From an uncultured delta proteobacterium (GTDB lineage: Bacteria > Desulfobacterota > Desulfuromonadia > Desulfuromonadales > JACZKF01): DNA of 64,000 bases. Under the pieces are notes generated by a model, which did no database searches, was not told the DNA's origin, and worked only from the letters and a program-made list of their open reading frames with translations. This document shows positions 1 to 10,928 of this stretch, piece after piece (position 1 is the stretch's first letter; every line of letters begins with the position of its first letter). The stretch covers positions 96,001-160,000 of the forward strand of contig CAWFKQ010000005.1 of assembly GCA_963816395.1 (NCBI GenBank), given 5' to 3'. A program made the translations under genes and the position numbers.

Positions 1-1419
1 CGCCGGCAGCTTCCCCGGAAAGGGGACCAGGTAGGCCTTGATCGCCCGTCCGAGGATCTCGTCCGGGACCCCGATGACAGCAGCTTCTGCCACTCCGTGC
101 AGATCGCAGAGGACATTTTCGATTTCCTGCGGGCTGACCTTTTCCCCGCGGGTCTTGATCAGATCGTCCTTGCGGGCCACGAAACAGAGAAATCCGTCCG
201 CATCCCGTCGGAACAGATCGCCGGTGTACAGGAGGGTCTCGCCGCGCCAGCGCCCCGGGCGGAAGGTGCGGGCGGTTTCCTCCGGGCGGTTCCAATAACC
301 CTGCATCACGTTGGCCCCGCGCACCACGAGTTCCCCGACCTCCTCGGCGCCGACTTCCTGACCCGCCTCGTTGACAAGGAACGTTTCCTCGTTCGGGATG
401 GCGATACCCACTGACAGTGGTCGGTTTGCCAGTTCCTCCGGCGGCAGCCAGAGGGCGCGCGCACACTCCGTAAGACCGTACATGGAGTAAATCGCGACCT
501 GGGGGAGGAGGTCCTGCAGCTTGCGGATATGCGGGGCAGGCAGGGCCGCCGCGGCATTGGTGATGTAACGAAGGGCCCTCAGGTCGACGCGCCGGAACCT
601 CTCCATCTGCAGGAGCAGGGCGACCATGGTCGGGACCACTGGAAACCCGGTCACCCGCTCCGCGACCAGAAGATCGAGTATCCGACTGGGGAAGGCGAAC
701 GATTTCTCAAGGATTATCGTGGCACCGCAGAGAGCAGCCACCAGCACCTGGTAGAGCCCATAGCCGTAGGAGAGCGGCAGGACGTTGAGGATGATGTCGC
801 TTTCCATGTTTCGCAGATAGGTGGCGATGCTCCTGGCTACCGCCACCAGATTGTGGTGGGTTGCAACGACCCCCTTCGGCTCGCCGGTTGAACCAGACGT
901 GTAGATGATGGCCGCGAGGTCGATATCGATGCAGACGGGCAGCCGGGCCGGTGGGTTCGCCGGATCGGTCGCGGCCTCCCACGTTGTCTGGGCCTTGGCC
1001 TGGAAAGAGGCCGCGGCGGCAGGCACTGCACCGCACCAGACCAGGGCCGCCAGTTCAGGTGCCCGTCGGGCGGCGGCAACAATTACTGCCTGATGGGAAG
1101 GGTGGGCGATAATGGCGCGGGCTCCGCTGTCGTTGAGAATGAAGGAGAGTTTCCCCGCTTTCATGGCAGGGTTGACCAGGACAAAAGCGGCACCCGCCTT
1201 GAGGACGGCGAAAAGGGAGATGATCGTCTCGCCGGAGTTGTCCAGAAAAATGGCGACGCGGTCATGCCGCCGTACCCCCATCTCCCCCAAAGCACCGGCC
1301 AAGCGATCAGCTCGCTGGTTAATATCAGCGAATGTCCAGCGCAGAGAGTTGCTGACTACGGCCGTTTTGCCCGGGCAACGCCGTGCCGATTCCTCCAGAA
1401 AGTTTTGCACCAGCAGCAT
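1..1419 (-). CDS. AMP-dependent synthetase/acyl-CoA ligase (class I adenylate-forming enzyme); C-terminus runs off the window
   Basis: Absent from ORF track (no stop inside window). Hand translation from ATG 1419 (AGGAG RBS): MLLVQNFLEESARR...IIYTSGSTGEPKGV (AMP-binding motif)...YSMYGLTE...LYTGDL...RKDDLIKTRGEKVSPQEIE, in one frame. Confidence 0.9.
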   Translation of the reverse strand, partial: MLLVQNFLEESARRCPGKTAVVSNSLRWTFADINQRADRLAGALGEMGVRRHDRVAIFLDNSGETIISLFAVLKAGAAFVLVNPAMKAGKLSFILNDSGARAIIAHPSHQAVIVAAARRAPELAALVWCGAVPAAAASFQAKAQTTWEAATDPANPPARLPVCIDIDLAAIIYTSGSTGEPKGVVATHHNLVAVARSIATYLRNMESDIILNVLPLSYGYGLYQVLVAALCGATIILEKSFAFPSRILDLLVAERVTGFPVVPTMVALLLQMERFRRVDLRALRYITNAAAALPAPHIRKLQDLLPQVAIYSMYGLTECARALWLPPEELANRPLSVGIAIPNEETFLVNEAGQEVGAEEVGELVVRGANVMQGYWNRPEETARTFRPGRWRGETLLYTGDLFRRDADGFLCFVARKDDLIKTRGEKVSPQEIENVLCDLHGVAEAAVIGVPDEILGRAIKAYLVPFPGKLPA

Positions 1420-1595
1420 TTCTAGCTCCTTTGTCGGATGTGGACGCGATGAACAGCCTTATTTTGCGCACTGGTAGGCTGACTGCTTTCTGTCACGCGA
1501 CCGGATGGGATCCGGCAGACAAGGGGGGCTGATTTCCACTTCCTCTTTAATTCTTTCCCTTTAACGAAAGAAATTATGCCCTTCTTTTTTCCGGT

Positions 1596-1611
1596 TGCAA
1601 GGGAGGTTCCA
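1596..1611 (-). promoter_or_regulatory. candidate sigma54 (-24/-12) promoter upstream of the AMP-ligase
   Basis: Minus strand TGGAAC-CTCCC-TTGCA matches TGGCAC-N5-TTGC with correct GG/GC spacing. Confidence 0.5.
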
Positions 1612-1658
1612 GGCGTTTATTTTTTGGAAAACCACCAACGGGAATTCAACGAGAAAGG

Positions 1659-2630
1659 TCAGGGTTCGACCTTTTGGAAGGAGAGATCGGCGCGAACCGG
1701 ATAATGATCGGAGCCGCCGGGATCCTCCAGAGTGGCGGCGGAGACGGCAGCGAGATGCTGGTTGTAGAATATATGATCGATCCGCACCAGGGGAGGCAGC
1801 CGGAAATGCCCGAACGGCCGAGCAGCAGCCGACGGGTAGGTAAAACCGAAGCCGAAACCCGCCTGTTCATGGGCATCGGTGAGCCGCCCTGTCACCTCGC
1901 GGTAAAGCTGGGTGCCTTCCGTGATGTTGAAATCTCCGGCGAGGATTACGGCACCTGGCACCTTGGCCACTTCCTCGTCCAGCAAAGAAATGATCTGCCG
2001 GTATCTTCGCTGCCATCCTCCCCGCCGCAGCGGGTGCACATTGAACACGGTTATTGTCCCTTGCGGCGTGCAAACGGCCACTTGCTGCGCCTGCCCCATC
2101 TTGCGCAAGGCTTGCAGGGGCTTCAGGGGATAGCGGCTGATCACGGCCTGCATGAGCGGCGGCTCGTACTCGGCCTGGAGGCTGGTCTCCGGATATAGCC
2201 CAGCGAGGGCGGAGTACAAGGCACGGAAGTTCGCGGGACGAATCTCCTGCAGAAGCAGGATGTCGGGGCGCACCTGGCGGATGACCCGCGCCATTTTGCC
2301 GATGCTGGCGTTTTCCGACCAGACGTTGTAGGACATCACCTTCAAGGCCCCGGCAGATGCGTTTTTTTCCCTTCGGTCCGGCGAAAACAGGGGCGCATAG
2401 AGGTAAATGATGATCAGGACCGGCAGCAGCAGACTCACGGCCAGCCAGCGGCGCTGCAGCAGGATCGCCAGCAGGCAGCCGGGGACCAGCAGGACCAGCA
2501 GCCAGGGGAGAAAATAGCTGCCGAGGCGGGCTATGAGGAAATGATCCCCGCTCCACCAGCGCAGGGTCAGACTGGTGAGACTGCCCAAGCCGATAATCCA
2601 GCCAGCCACTTCGGTCAAGAAACGGAACAT
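1659..2630 (-). CDS. endonuclease/exonuclease/phosphatase (EEP) family protein with N-terminal membrane segments
   Basis: Motifs KVMSYNV, LLLQE, LAGDFN, RIDHIF, SDHYPV; hydrophobic N-terminus. Confidence 0.9.
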   Translation of the reverse strand: MFRFLTEVAGWIIGLGSLTSLTLRWWSGDHFLIARLGSYFLPWLLVLLVPGCLLAILLQRRWLAVSLLLPVLIIIYLYAPLFSPDRREKNASAGALKVMSYNVWSENASIGKMARVIRQVRPDILLLQEIRPANFRALYSALAGLYPETSLQAEYEPPLMQAVISRYPLKPLQALRKMGQAQQVAVCTPQGTITVFNVHPLRRGGWQRRYRQIISLLDEEVAKVPGAVILAGDFNITEGTQLYREVTGRLTDAHEQAGFGFGFTYPSAAARPFGHFRLPPLVRIDHIFYNQHLAAVSAATLEDPGGSDHYPVRADLSFQKVEP

Positions 2631-2726
2631 GGGTTTCCCGGTGATTTCTCGAGGTGAAGGTCAGGCTCCGGCCGGCGCTCTCAGGTCGGGAGCAAGCCGC
2701 TCGTTCCAGGGAAGATAAGTGCGGAA

Positions 2727-2748
2727 CCGGCAGCCTTTCGGCTGCCGG
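2727..2748 (-). terminator. hairpin downstream of rhodanese gene
   Basis: ccggcagcc-tttc-ggctgccgg perfect stem just after the stop at 2755; only a weak U-tract. Confidence 0.5.
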
Positions 2749-2754
2749 CCGGAA

Positions 2755-3072
2755 TCAGTGTATCGGATAACCTTTCTTTTTCCACCCCTCCACGCCGCCC
2801 CCCAGGGCTTCGGCGTGGGAAAACCCCTGCTGCTGGAAACTTTCCGCCCGACCGGCGGAGGTAGCCTCGTGCGGTCAGGCGCAGTAGAAGATGATCTCCT
2901 GAGCCTTCTCCATCTGCGGGAGCTTTGCCTCGAGGTCCTGCATGTGCATCGCTCCCTCCAGGTCCATCTGCCGGCATTTTTCCTCGTCATCATAAGCGCA
3001 GACGAGAATAGCCTGACCGGACTGGACCTTCTGCCGGGCCTCTTCCGGCATTATCCGTGGGGCTTCCGCCAT
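2755..3072 (-). CDS. rhodanese-like domain selenoprotein (in-frame TGA at 2877-2875 read as Sec; C-A-U motif), 105 aa
   Basis: ORF track stops at IIFYCA*, but the frame continues PHEATSAGRAESFQQQGFSHAEALGGGVEGWKKKGYPIH*, completing the rhodanese fold. Hairpin TCCGCC-GGTCG-GGCGGA starts 16 nt after the TGA. Confidence 0.85.
2843..2859 (-). promoter_or_regulatory. candidate bacterial SECIS element
   Basis: 6-bp stem with a G-starting apical loop beginning 21 nt 3' of the in-frame UGA. Confidence 0.7.
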
Positions 3073-3502
3073 GGCCAATCTCCTTTCGGGTGTCGTGGTC
3101 TTTGGAACAGAATACCCCGGCGCTGCCGATTGGCAACTTTGGAGTCGACGAAGAAAGCCCCGACAAGAGGAGGGGAGTGCATCCGAATCGTATTTCCCGT
3201 CTGCCGCCAGTCGCGCCCGCAGAGCCCGCCCGACTCCCTCCGGCTCCCCTCCGGCCGGGCCGCCACGACAGACAATTCAGCGCCGAGTTGCCGGCGCAAT
3301 CCCCCCCCGCACAGCAGCCGGAAGTAGGCAAGGAAGCATGCGATAGGAATTGATTAACAGCCCATTCGCGGCTAAAGTAGTGAGTCAGACCCCGGCCGGA
3401 CTTTTCCGCTGCTTTCCAGGCGAGCACGAGCGGCGCCGCTTACGAGTTCTCCAGCATTGCGGCAGCCCCTGGAGAATTTTTTCACTGATACCTGCGGAGA
3501 TA

Positions 3503-4722
3503 ATGATGTTTGCACCACCAGTTGCGGAATTATCGGCAAGGATCAAAAAGTTTCAAAACCATCTGAAGACCCGGGATATAGTCGGTGCTCTTATTTTGCA
3601 GAATACGGATCTATATTATTTTACCGGTCGCATTTGGCCCGGTTATCTTTATATCCCCGCATCGGGTGATCCGGTTTTCCTCAATCGGCATCGGGGGGAA
3701 ATAAACGCTTCCTGGACCTGGCCGGTTGTCAAGCTGGACAAGATGAGCAAACTGGCCGGCATCCTGCGGGACTTTGGCATGCCAGCCTCGGGAAGTATCG
3801 GACTTGAATTGGACATACTGCCCGTCATGTTTTTTAATCGCCTGCAGGAAGCCCTTCCCGGAAGAGGTGTTGGTCGACGTAGGTCGTTTAATTCGTCAGG
3901 TACGAGCGGTTAAGAGTTCCTGGGAAGTCGATATCATGCGGAGTTATGCCGAAAAGGACCTTTACCTGTGGGGACGGGTGCCTGAGATGATAAGCAAGGC
4001 CAGCACGGACCTGGAACTGGCCATTGCGTTTGAAGCTCAGGCCCGGGAACTGGGACAACAAGGGGTTCTCCGGCTGCGTGGTTTTAACCAGGAAATGGCC
4101 TTCGCCTGCGTCGCGGCCGGGGAGCCAGCCGCTATGATCAGCTCTTATGACGTTCCCATCTCCGGTGCAGGATTGAATTCAGCTTTTCCCTTCGGTGCGG
4201 CAGGAGCCACACTGGAGTCAGGCCGGTCGGTGACCATCGATTTCGGTAGTTGTTATGCTGCCTATATCCTGGACCATACCCGAACGTTTGCCATTGATTA
4301 TTTACCCGACCAGGCCTGGCAGGCCTTTGACGCCGCATCGGCTATCCAGCAGGAAATGATTTTACTTGCTAAACCCGGCGTTTGCTGTGGCGAGCTTTTC
4401 GAACGGGCCAGAGCTGATAGCCCAAAAGGCCGGACTCATTGAGGTTTTTATGGGAACCAAAGGGGGAGTGCCTTTCCTCGGGCATGGTGTCGGCCTGGAA
4501 GTTGACGAACTCCCGGTACTTGCTCGCGGCTCAAAGGAAATGCTGGAGGAAGGTAATGTTATTGCCATTGAACCCAAATTCGCATTGCCCGGCATCGGGG
4601 CCATCGGGATCGAAAACTGCTTTCTGGTCAACAATCGAGGGCTGGAAAAATTAACGATGTCGCCCGATGATTTACAGGTGATTGACAAGTGCCCTAAGAG
4701 CCGGGACCGGAGATTTGAGTAG
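3503..4722 (+). CDS. Xaa-Pro aminopeptidase / M24 family peptidase (two frameshifts, ~3860 and ~4410)
   Basis: Three overlapping ORFs give a creatinase N-domain (NTDLYYFTG), RAVKSSWE, IDFG..Y..DHTRT, FLGHGVGLEVDELP, IAIEPK, IGIEN. Confidence 0.85.
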
Positions 4723-4773
4723 TTTGGGCGCCTGGCACTCATCTAAAATCAGTAACTTAAAGAGGTGAGCGAA

Positions 4774-5584
4774 ATGGAATGCTTGTTCAGACGAAATTGG
4801 CATACGTCCGTCCGCCGCGGTAATGGTGAAGTCCTCGTGGCTGAGACCAGCTATCTGGACACGGACAGGGAATCTATGGCGCGGCTTCGGATCGGGTTGC
4901 CGGATTTCGTCATCCAGGGCGCAGAGTGGGAAGAACAGAGACCTGTGCCCGCCGGGAGAAAGGTTCGTCCTGTCCAGATCTTGCGTGGGAAAGGAGGCGT
5001 ATTTTAACTCTGGCCCGGCATTACGCGAACTGGCAGCTGTCACGGATGATCCCCTGGTCGTTCCTCTGTTCGCTGAAACGATAAAGGGAGTCATTCAGGC
5101 AGAGACTTTTCTCTGGGAAGAACGCGGTTACTCCTCTGCTGAGGAATATGAACAGAGCTGGGGGGAATTTTACCAGGATTCCTGCCGCTATTACAGCAAT
5201 CTGGACCGGGTGACCCATGCCTGGTTCCACAATGTGGGTGAAACCAAGCGTGAGGGAAGTCTGTTTGTTCGCTTCAAGACTCAGACCCTCTACTCTCTGG
5301 GAAATGATACATTCCTGCTCAGCGGCAATTTCAACGATTCCTTTCACCAGATTTCGGTCGCCTTTACCCTTGACCGAGACATGGCAGTGCAGAAAGCCGA
5401 AGGCCTTCTGCTCAGGGCACCCGATGCGGTCTGCAAGGAATCCACTGTTTTTCTAGGAGACCTCCTTGGGCTTAGGTTAAAGGGGGTAAGCAAAAAGGAG
5501 CTTGCAAACCTGCTCGGTAAAAGTCAGGGCTGCGTCCATCTGATTGATTTAACCTTTGATGCTGCGCAAGTCCTTGACAGATAA
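4774..5584 (+). CDS. DUF2889-like protein (frameshift ~4990)
   Basis: Two overlapping ORFs join; C-terminal DSFHQI...APDAVC...LLG...GCVHLIDL resembles DUF2889. Confidence 0.6.
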
Positions 5585-5832
5585 TTCCTTCCACTCCCTC
5601 CCCCACGGAATGGTCCTCCAGGCCAGTTGATTCCGATCGCGGCCAGTGGAACTCGCCATTCCAAGTTGCTGTTTTTGCGATATTTCCCAATTTGACAAGC
5701 CAGCGGAACCTGCTAAAAAAAGAATATAGAAGCAAGAAAAACCGTCGGACTCTAATTCATTTTTGCCGATGATTGCAGTGAGGATGGAGTAAAATGGGGT
5801 GACCGAACGAAACTATTTAAAAGGAAAGAAAC

Positions 5833-6309
5833 ATGAAACATATCGTTCTATCCTCAGCAACAGCATTAATAGTAGGGCTATTCGTCGCCGGCCTGGCTAT
5901 GGGAGCCGGTCAGCAGGAATACGGCCAATCACAGGAAAACGGTGTCAAGACGCCGGGGGAACTGGGCGTTGGTACGGCATCCGGGGAGTCTCCTCAGGTT
6001 CAAAGGGAACACCAGAAATTAGCGATTGAGAATCTGAACAAGAAGCAGGTTCGCGAAATGCAGAAGCTCTTGAATGATCAGGGTTATAATGTCGGCTCGG
6101 TGGATGGCATCATCGGACCCAAAACCCAGCAGGGACTGCGTCAGTTTCAGGAATCCCAAGGGATCGCCGCCACCGGAAAACCCGATGAAGAAACCCTGAG
6201 GGCTCTGGCGCCAAGCGCCAAGGAACAGGAGTTCTTCGGTCTGTCGCCGAAATTCGGCGGAGAGCAAATGGGACCACAGCCGATGGGACCATCCAAAGGG
6301 AGCAAATAA
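5833..6309 (+). CDS. secreted peptidoglycan-binding domain protein
   Basis: Signal peptide; VREMQKLLNDQGYNVGSVDGIIGPKTQQGLRQFQESQGIAATGKPDEETLRAL is a PG_binding_1 pattern. Confidence 0.85.
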   Translation: MKHIVLSSATALIVGLFVAGLAMGAGQQEYGQSQENGVKTPGELGVGTASGESPQVQREHQKLAIENLNKKQVREMQKLLNDQGYNVGSVDGIIGPKTQQGLRQFQESQGIAATGKPDEETLRALAPSAKEQEFFGLSPKFGGEQMGPQPMGPSKGSK

Positions 6310-6354
6310 TAACCCGTTATCAACAGGTCACCCAGCAATCCACCCTATGATATG

Positions 6355-6378
6355 AGCCGGGCACTCCCCCGGCTTTTT
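6355..6378 (+). terminator. rho-independent terminator
   Basis: agccggg-cactcc-cccggct followed by tttt. Confidence 0.7.
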
Positions 6379-6538
6379 CATTTCCTCCCTCACGCCCCAA
6401 AACCGCTGCCTTGGCAGTGCCGTGGACTTTTTGCACAATGCCCCCTGGAAAGACCTCTTTACAACTTCTCGCAAATTCTGGTATATCTGAATGTCTTTGG
6501 CTGAAATCGATGCCTACTCCCGAACACCCAGAGCCTCC

Positions 6539-8344
6539 ATGAATCAGAGTCTGATCCGCAACTTTTCCATTATCGCTCATATCGACCACGGCAAATCGAC
6601 CCTGGCTGACCGCCTGCTGGAGGAAACCGGCACCCTGACTGCTCGGGAGAGAACAGATCAGTTCCTCGATAAAATGGAACTCGAGCGGGAACGGGGGATC
6701 ACCATCAAGGCGCAGGCGGTCCGTCTGAACTACCGGGCGGACGATGGTCGCGAATACGTGTTGAACCTCATCGATACCCCAGGCCACGTTGACTTTACCT
6801 ATGAGGTCAGCCGTTCCCTTACCGCCTGTGAGGGTGCTCTGCTGGTGGTCGATGCCACCCAGGGGGTGGAAGCGCAGACGCTGGCCAACGTCTATCTCGC
6901 CATCGACCAGAACCTGGAAGTTTTTCCGGTCCTCAACAAAATCGATCTGCCCAGCGCCGAACCGCAGCGGGTAAAGGAGGAGATCGAGGAAATCATCGGT
7001 CTCGATACCGGCGATGCGGTGGTGGCGAGCGCCAAGGAAGGGATCGGCATTCACGAGATCCTGGAAGCGATCGTCGGCAAGATTCCTCCTCCCAAGGGAG
7101 AGCAGGAGGCGCCCCTCAAGGCCCTGGTCTTCGATTCCTGGTACGATTCCTACCAGGGGGTCATTATCCTGGTCCGGATCTTCGACGGTACCCTGAAAAA
7201 GGGCGACAAGATCCAGTTGATGGCCAATCGCAAGAGTTACGAGGTCCTGAAGCTCGGTGTATTCTCTCCGCATCCGGTGGAAATGCCCTCCCTGGCGGCC
7301 GGAGAGGTCGGCTTTGTCATCGCCGGCATCAAGGTGGTGCAGGATGCCAAGGTCGGGGACACCATCACCCATCTGCACCGCCCCACGGAGCAACCGCTTC
7401 CCGGCTTCAAGGTGGTTAAACCGATGGTCTTTTCGGGTCTCTACCCGGTCGATTCCGGGGAATACGACGCCCTGCGCGATGCTCTGGAGAAACTGCGTCT
7501 GAACGACGCGTCTTTTTCCTTCGAACCGGAAAACTCGCTCGCCCTCGGCTTCGGTTTTCGCTGCGGCTTTCTCGGCCTGCTGCACATGGAGATCATTCAG
7601 GAGCGCCTGGAGCGGGAGTTCGGGGTTGACCTGATCACCACCGCTCCGACGGTCGGCTACAAGGTCACCACCGTAAAAGGGGAGCATCTGCTGGTGGAAA
7701 GCGCCAACAAGCTTCCGGATGTCCAATTTATCGACCAGATTTTAGAGCCTTTCATTCTCGCCTCGATCCATGTCCCCAACGAATTTGTCGGGGCGGTGCT
7801 GGCTTTGTGTGAGGAGAAACGCGGAGTCCAGCGCGAGATCAAATATCTGACCGCTAACCGGGTCATGGTCGTCTACGAACTGCCGCTCAATGAGATCGTG
7901 CTCGATTTCTACGACCGCCTCAAATCGATCAGCCGCGGTTACGCCTCTCTTGACTACGAATACCTTGATTACCGGGGAAGTGATCTGGTGCGGCTGAACG
8001 TGCTGATCAACGGCGAAGTGGTCGATGCCCTTTCGCTTATCGTTCACCGCGACAAGTCCCAGTATCGGGGGCGGGAGTTGGTCGCCCGGATGAAAGAGTT
8101 TATCCCGCGTCAGCAATATGAGGTGGCGATTCAGGCGGCAATCGGCAACAAGGTGATTGCCCGGGAAACGGTGAAGGCGCTGCGCAAGGATGTTACGGCC
8201 AAATGTTATGGTGGCGATATCACCCGCAAACGCAAGTTGCTGGAAAAACAGAAGGAGGGAAAGAAACGGATGAAACAGGTCGGGAGCGTTGAGTTGCCCC
8301 AGGAAGCTTTTCTGGCCATCCTTAAAGTGAAAGAGCAGAAATAA
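6539..8344 (+). CDS. lepA: elongation factor 4 (LepA)
   Basis: [53 protein letters not shown]. Confidence 0.98.
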   Translation: MNQSLIRNFSIIAHIDHGKSTLADRLLEETGTLTARERTDQFLDKMELERERGITIKAQAVRLNYRADDGREYVLNLIDTPGHVDFTYEVSRSLTACEGALLVVDATQGVEAQTLANVYLAIDQNLEVFPVLNKIDLPSAEPQRVKEEIEEIIGLDTGDAVVASAKEGIGIHEILEAIVGKIPPPKGEQEAPLKALVFDSWYDSYQGVIILVRIFDGTLKKGDKIQLMANRKSYEVLKLGVFSPHPVEMPSLAAGEVGFVIAGIKVVQDAKVGDTITHLHRPTEQPLPGFKVVKPMVFSGLYPVDSGEYDALRDALEKLRLNDASFSFEPENSLALGFGFRCGFLGLLHMEIIQERLEREFGVDLITTAPTVGYKVTTVKGEHLLVESANKLPDVQFIDQILEPFILASIHVPNEFVGAVLALCEEKRGVQREIKYLTANRVMVVYELPLNEIVLDFYDRLKSISRGYASLDYEYLDYRGSDLVRLNVLINGEVVDALSLIVHRDKSQYRGRELVARMKEFIPRQQYEVAIQAAIGNKVIARETVKALRKDVTAKCYGGDITRKRKLLEKQKEGKKRMKQVGSVELPQEAFLAILKVKEQK

Positions 8345-9006
8345 TGGCTAAAAATATGGAAAACGTGAAAGAAATGCAGAAGGTGAATAAGCCCTGGTAC
8401 CGGGAATATGCGGAAGCCCTGATCGTTGCCGCCATCCTGGCTCTGATCATCCGCACCTTTGTCGTCCAGGCCTTCAAGATCCCTTCCGGTTCCATGGAAG
8501 ACACGCTGTTGATCGGTGATCACCTGCTGGTCAACAAGTTCATCTACGGCACGCAGATTCCTTTCACTGATACCCGGTTCCTCACCATCCGCCATCCGCA
8601 GCGGGGGGATGTCATCGTCTTCGAATTTCCCGAAGACGAAGGGAAGCCATTTTTTCAGCAACGCGACTTCATCAAGCGGGTGATCGGTACCCCGGGTGAT
8701 ACCGTGGAGGTCCGCGACAAGCACGTCTATGTCAATGGCCAGCTATACGCCATCCCCCAGGAATTGCACAAAGACGCCGACGTGATCCCGCCCAATATCG
8801 CTCCGCGCGATTTCCTGGCACCGGTCAAGGTGCCGGCAGGAGAATACTTCGTCATGGGGGACAACCGGGATCGCTCCTATGACAGTCGTTTCTGGGGTTT
8901 TGTTCCCCAAAAGAACATCAAGGGCCTGGCCTTCATCAAATATTGGTCATGGGATTCCTCCCGGCACCTGCCGCGCTGGAATCGTATCGGCCGGCCCATA
9001 AATTAG
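8344..9006 (+). CDS. lepB: signal peptidase I
   Basis: IPSGSMEDTL, FIKRVIG, GDNRDRSYDSRFWG; directly follows lepA. Confidence 0.97.
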   Translation: MAKNMENVKEMQKVNKPWYREYAEALIVAAILALIIRTFVVQAFKIPSGSMEDTLLIGDHLLVNKFIYGTQIPFTDTRFLTIRHPQRGDVIVFEFPEDEGKPFFQQRDFIKRVIGTPGDTVEVRDKHVYVNGQLYAIPQELHKDADVIPPNIAPRDFLAPVKVPAGEYFVMGDNRDRSYDSRFWGFVPQKNIKGLAFIKYWSWDSSRHLPRWNRIGRPIN

Positions 9007-9017
9007 ACGGAAGCTGC

Positions 9018-9095
9018 GGCAAGAGGGTAGCGGCAAGAGGAACTGCTAAACCACTTTTTTCATCCCTCTCGCCTTTTGCCTATTGCCTCCTGCCT
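9018..9095. repeat. 7-nt-period degenerate inverted repeat
   Basis: ggcaaga gggtagc ggcaaga ... ccctctc gcctttt gcctatt gcctcct. Confidence 0.6.
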
Positions 9096-9111
9096 GGAAT
9101 TTTTGCTATAG

Positions 9112-9810
<699 letters not shown>

Positions 9811-9813
<3 letters not shown>

Positions 9814-9906
9814 GCAATGGGCACGAGGCTAAAGGCTAGAGGAATTGCAAGACCTGCCTCGCCTTGGGTTTTCCCTCTAGCCTCTTGCCTATAGCCCCTA
9901 GCCTCT
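9811..9906. repeat. 7-nt-period inverted repeat between pyrR and pyrB
   Basis: taggcaa tgggcac gaggcta aaggcta gagg ... ccctcta gcctctt gcctata gccccta gcctctt. Confidence 0.75.
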
Positions 9907-9920
9907 TTTCAGGAGGTTCC

Positions 9921-10853
9921 ATGGCATTCCGGCATAAGCACATTCTCGGTACCGAATATCTCTCCCGGGAGGATATCCAGCTTATCCTCGACACCGCCGA
10001 AAGCTTCAAGGAGATCAACACCCGGGAAATCAAGAAGGTCCCCACCTTGCGGGGGAAGACGATCATCAATCTCTTTTTCGAGGCGAGCACCCGTACCCGT
10101 ACTTCTTTCGAAATCGCCGGGAAGCGGCTTTCCGCCGATACCATCAACATCAGCGCTTCGTCTTCTTCGGTGGTGAAGGGGGAAACCCTCGAGGACACGG
10201 CGAAGAACCTGCAGTCGATGAAGCCGGATATCGTCGTCATGCGGCACGCCGCCTCCGGTGCTCCTCACTATCTGGCGGAGCGGCTCGACTGCTCGGTAAT
10301 CAACGCCGGCGACGGCGCCCATGAGCATCCCAGCCAGGCCTTGCTCGACCTGCTGACCATCCGGGAAAAGAAGGGGCGGCTCGAAGGGCAGACAGTGGCC
10401 ATTATCGGCGACATCACCCACAGCCGGGTGGCCCGCTCCAATCTCTATGCGATGAAAAAGATGGGGATGAAAGTGCGCCTGGCAGGTCCCGGCACCATGG
10501 TGCCGCCGGGGATCGAGCGGCTTGGCGCCGAAGTGTACAATGATATCAGGGAGGCGATCAGCGGCGCCGACGTGGTGATGATGCTGCGCATTCAGCTTGA
10601 GCGCCAGGGCAAGACGATGCTGCCGACGCTGCGGGAATACGCTCGATTCTACGGATTGAATACGGAGAATCTGAAGCTGGCCCGGAAGGATGCCATTGTC
10701 ATGCATCCCGGGCCGATGAACCGCGGAGTGGAGATTTCCTCCTTCGTCGCCGACGGGCCGCAGAACGTCATTCTCGACCAGGTGGAAAACGGTGTGGCCG
10801 TGCGCATGGCGCTACTGTATCTGGTGGCTGGGGGAGAGAGCAAAGAGGGCTAA
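9921..10853 (+). CDS. pyrB: aspartate carbamoyltransferase catalytic subunit
   Basis: [40 protein letters not shown]. Confidence 0.97.
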   Translation: MAFRHKHILGTEYLSREDIQLILDTAESFKEINTREIKKVPTLRGKTIINLFFEASTRTRTSFEIAGKRLSADTINISASSSSVVKGETLEDTAKNLQSMKPDIVVMRHAASGAPHYLAERLDCSVINAGDGAHEHPSQALLDLLTIREKKGRLEGQTVAIIGDITHSRVARSNLYAMKKMGMKVRLAGPGTMVPPGIERLGAEVYNDIREAISGADVVMMLRIQLERQGKTMLPTLREYARFYGLNTENLKLARKDAIVMHPGPMNRGVEISSFVADGPQNVILDQVENGVAVRMALLYLVAGGESKEG

Positions 10854-10910
10854 ATTTTGAGTTCTGGATATCAAATTTTAAATTAATTCAACATTCAAAA
10901 TGCAAAATTA
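10851..10910. repeat. AT-rich 7-nt-period inverted repeat between pyrB and pyrC
   Basis: taaattt tgagttc tggatat caaattt taaatt / aattca acattca aaatgca aaatta. Confidence 0.55.
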
Positions 10911-10928
10911 TTCCGACGAGGTCTTACC

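Noticed and set aside
38..1477. Several short + strand ORFs
   Set aside because: Shadows of the minus-strand AMP-ligase that the track missed.
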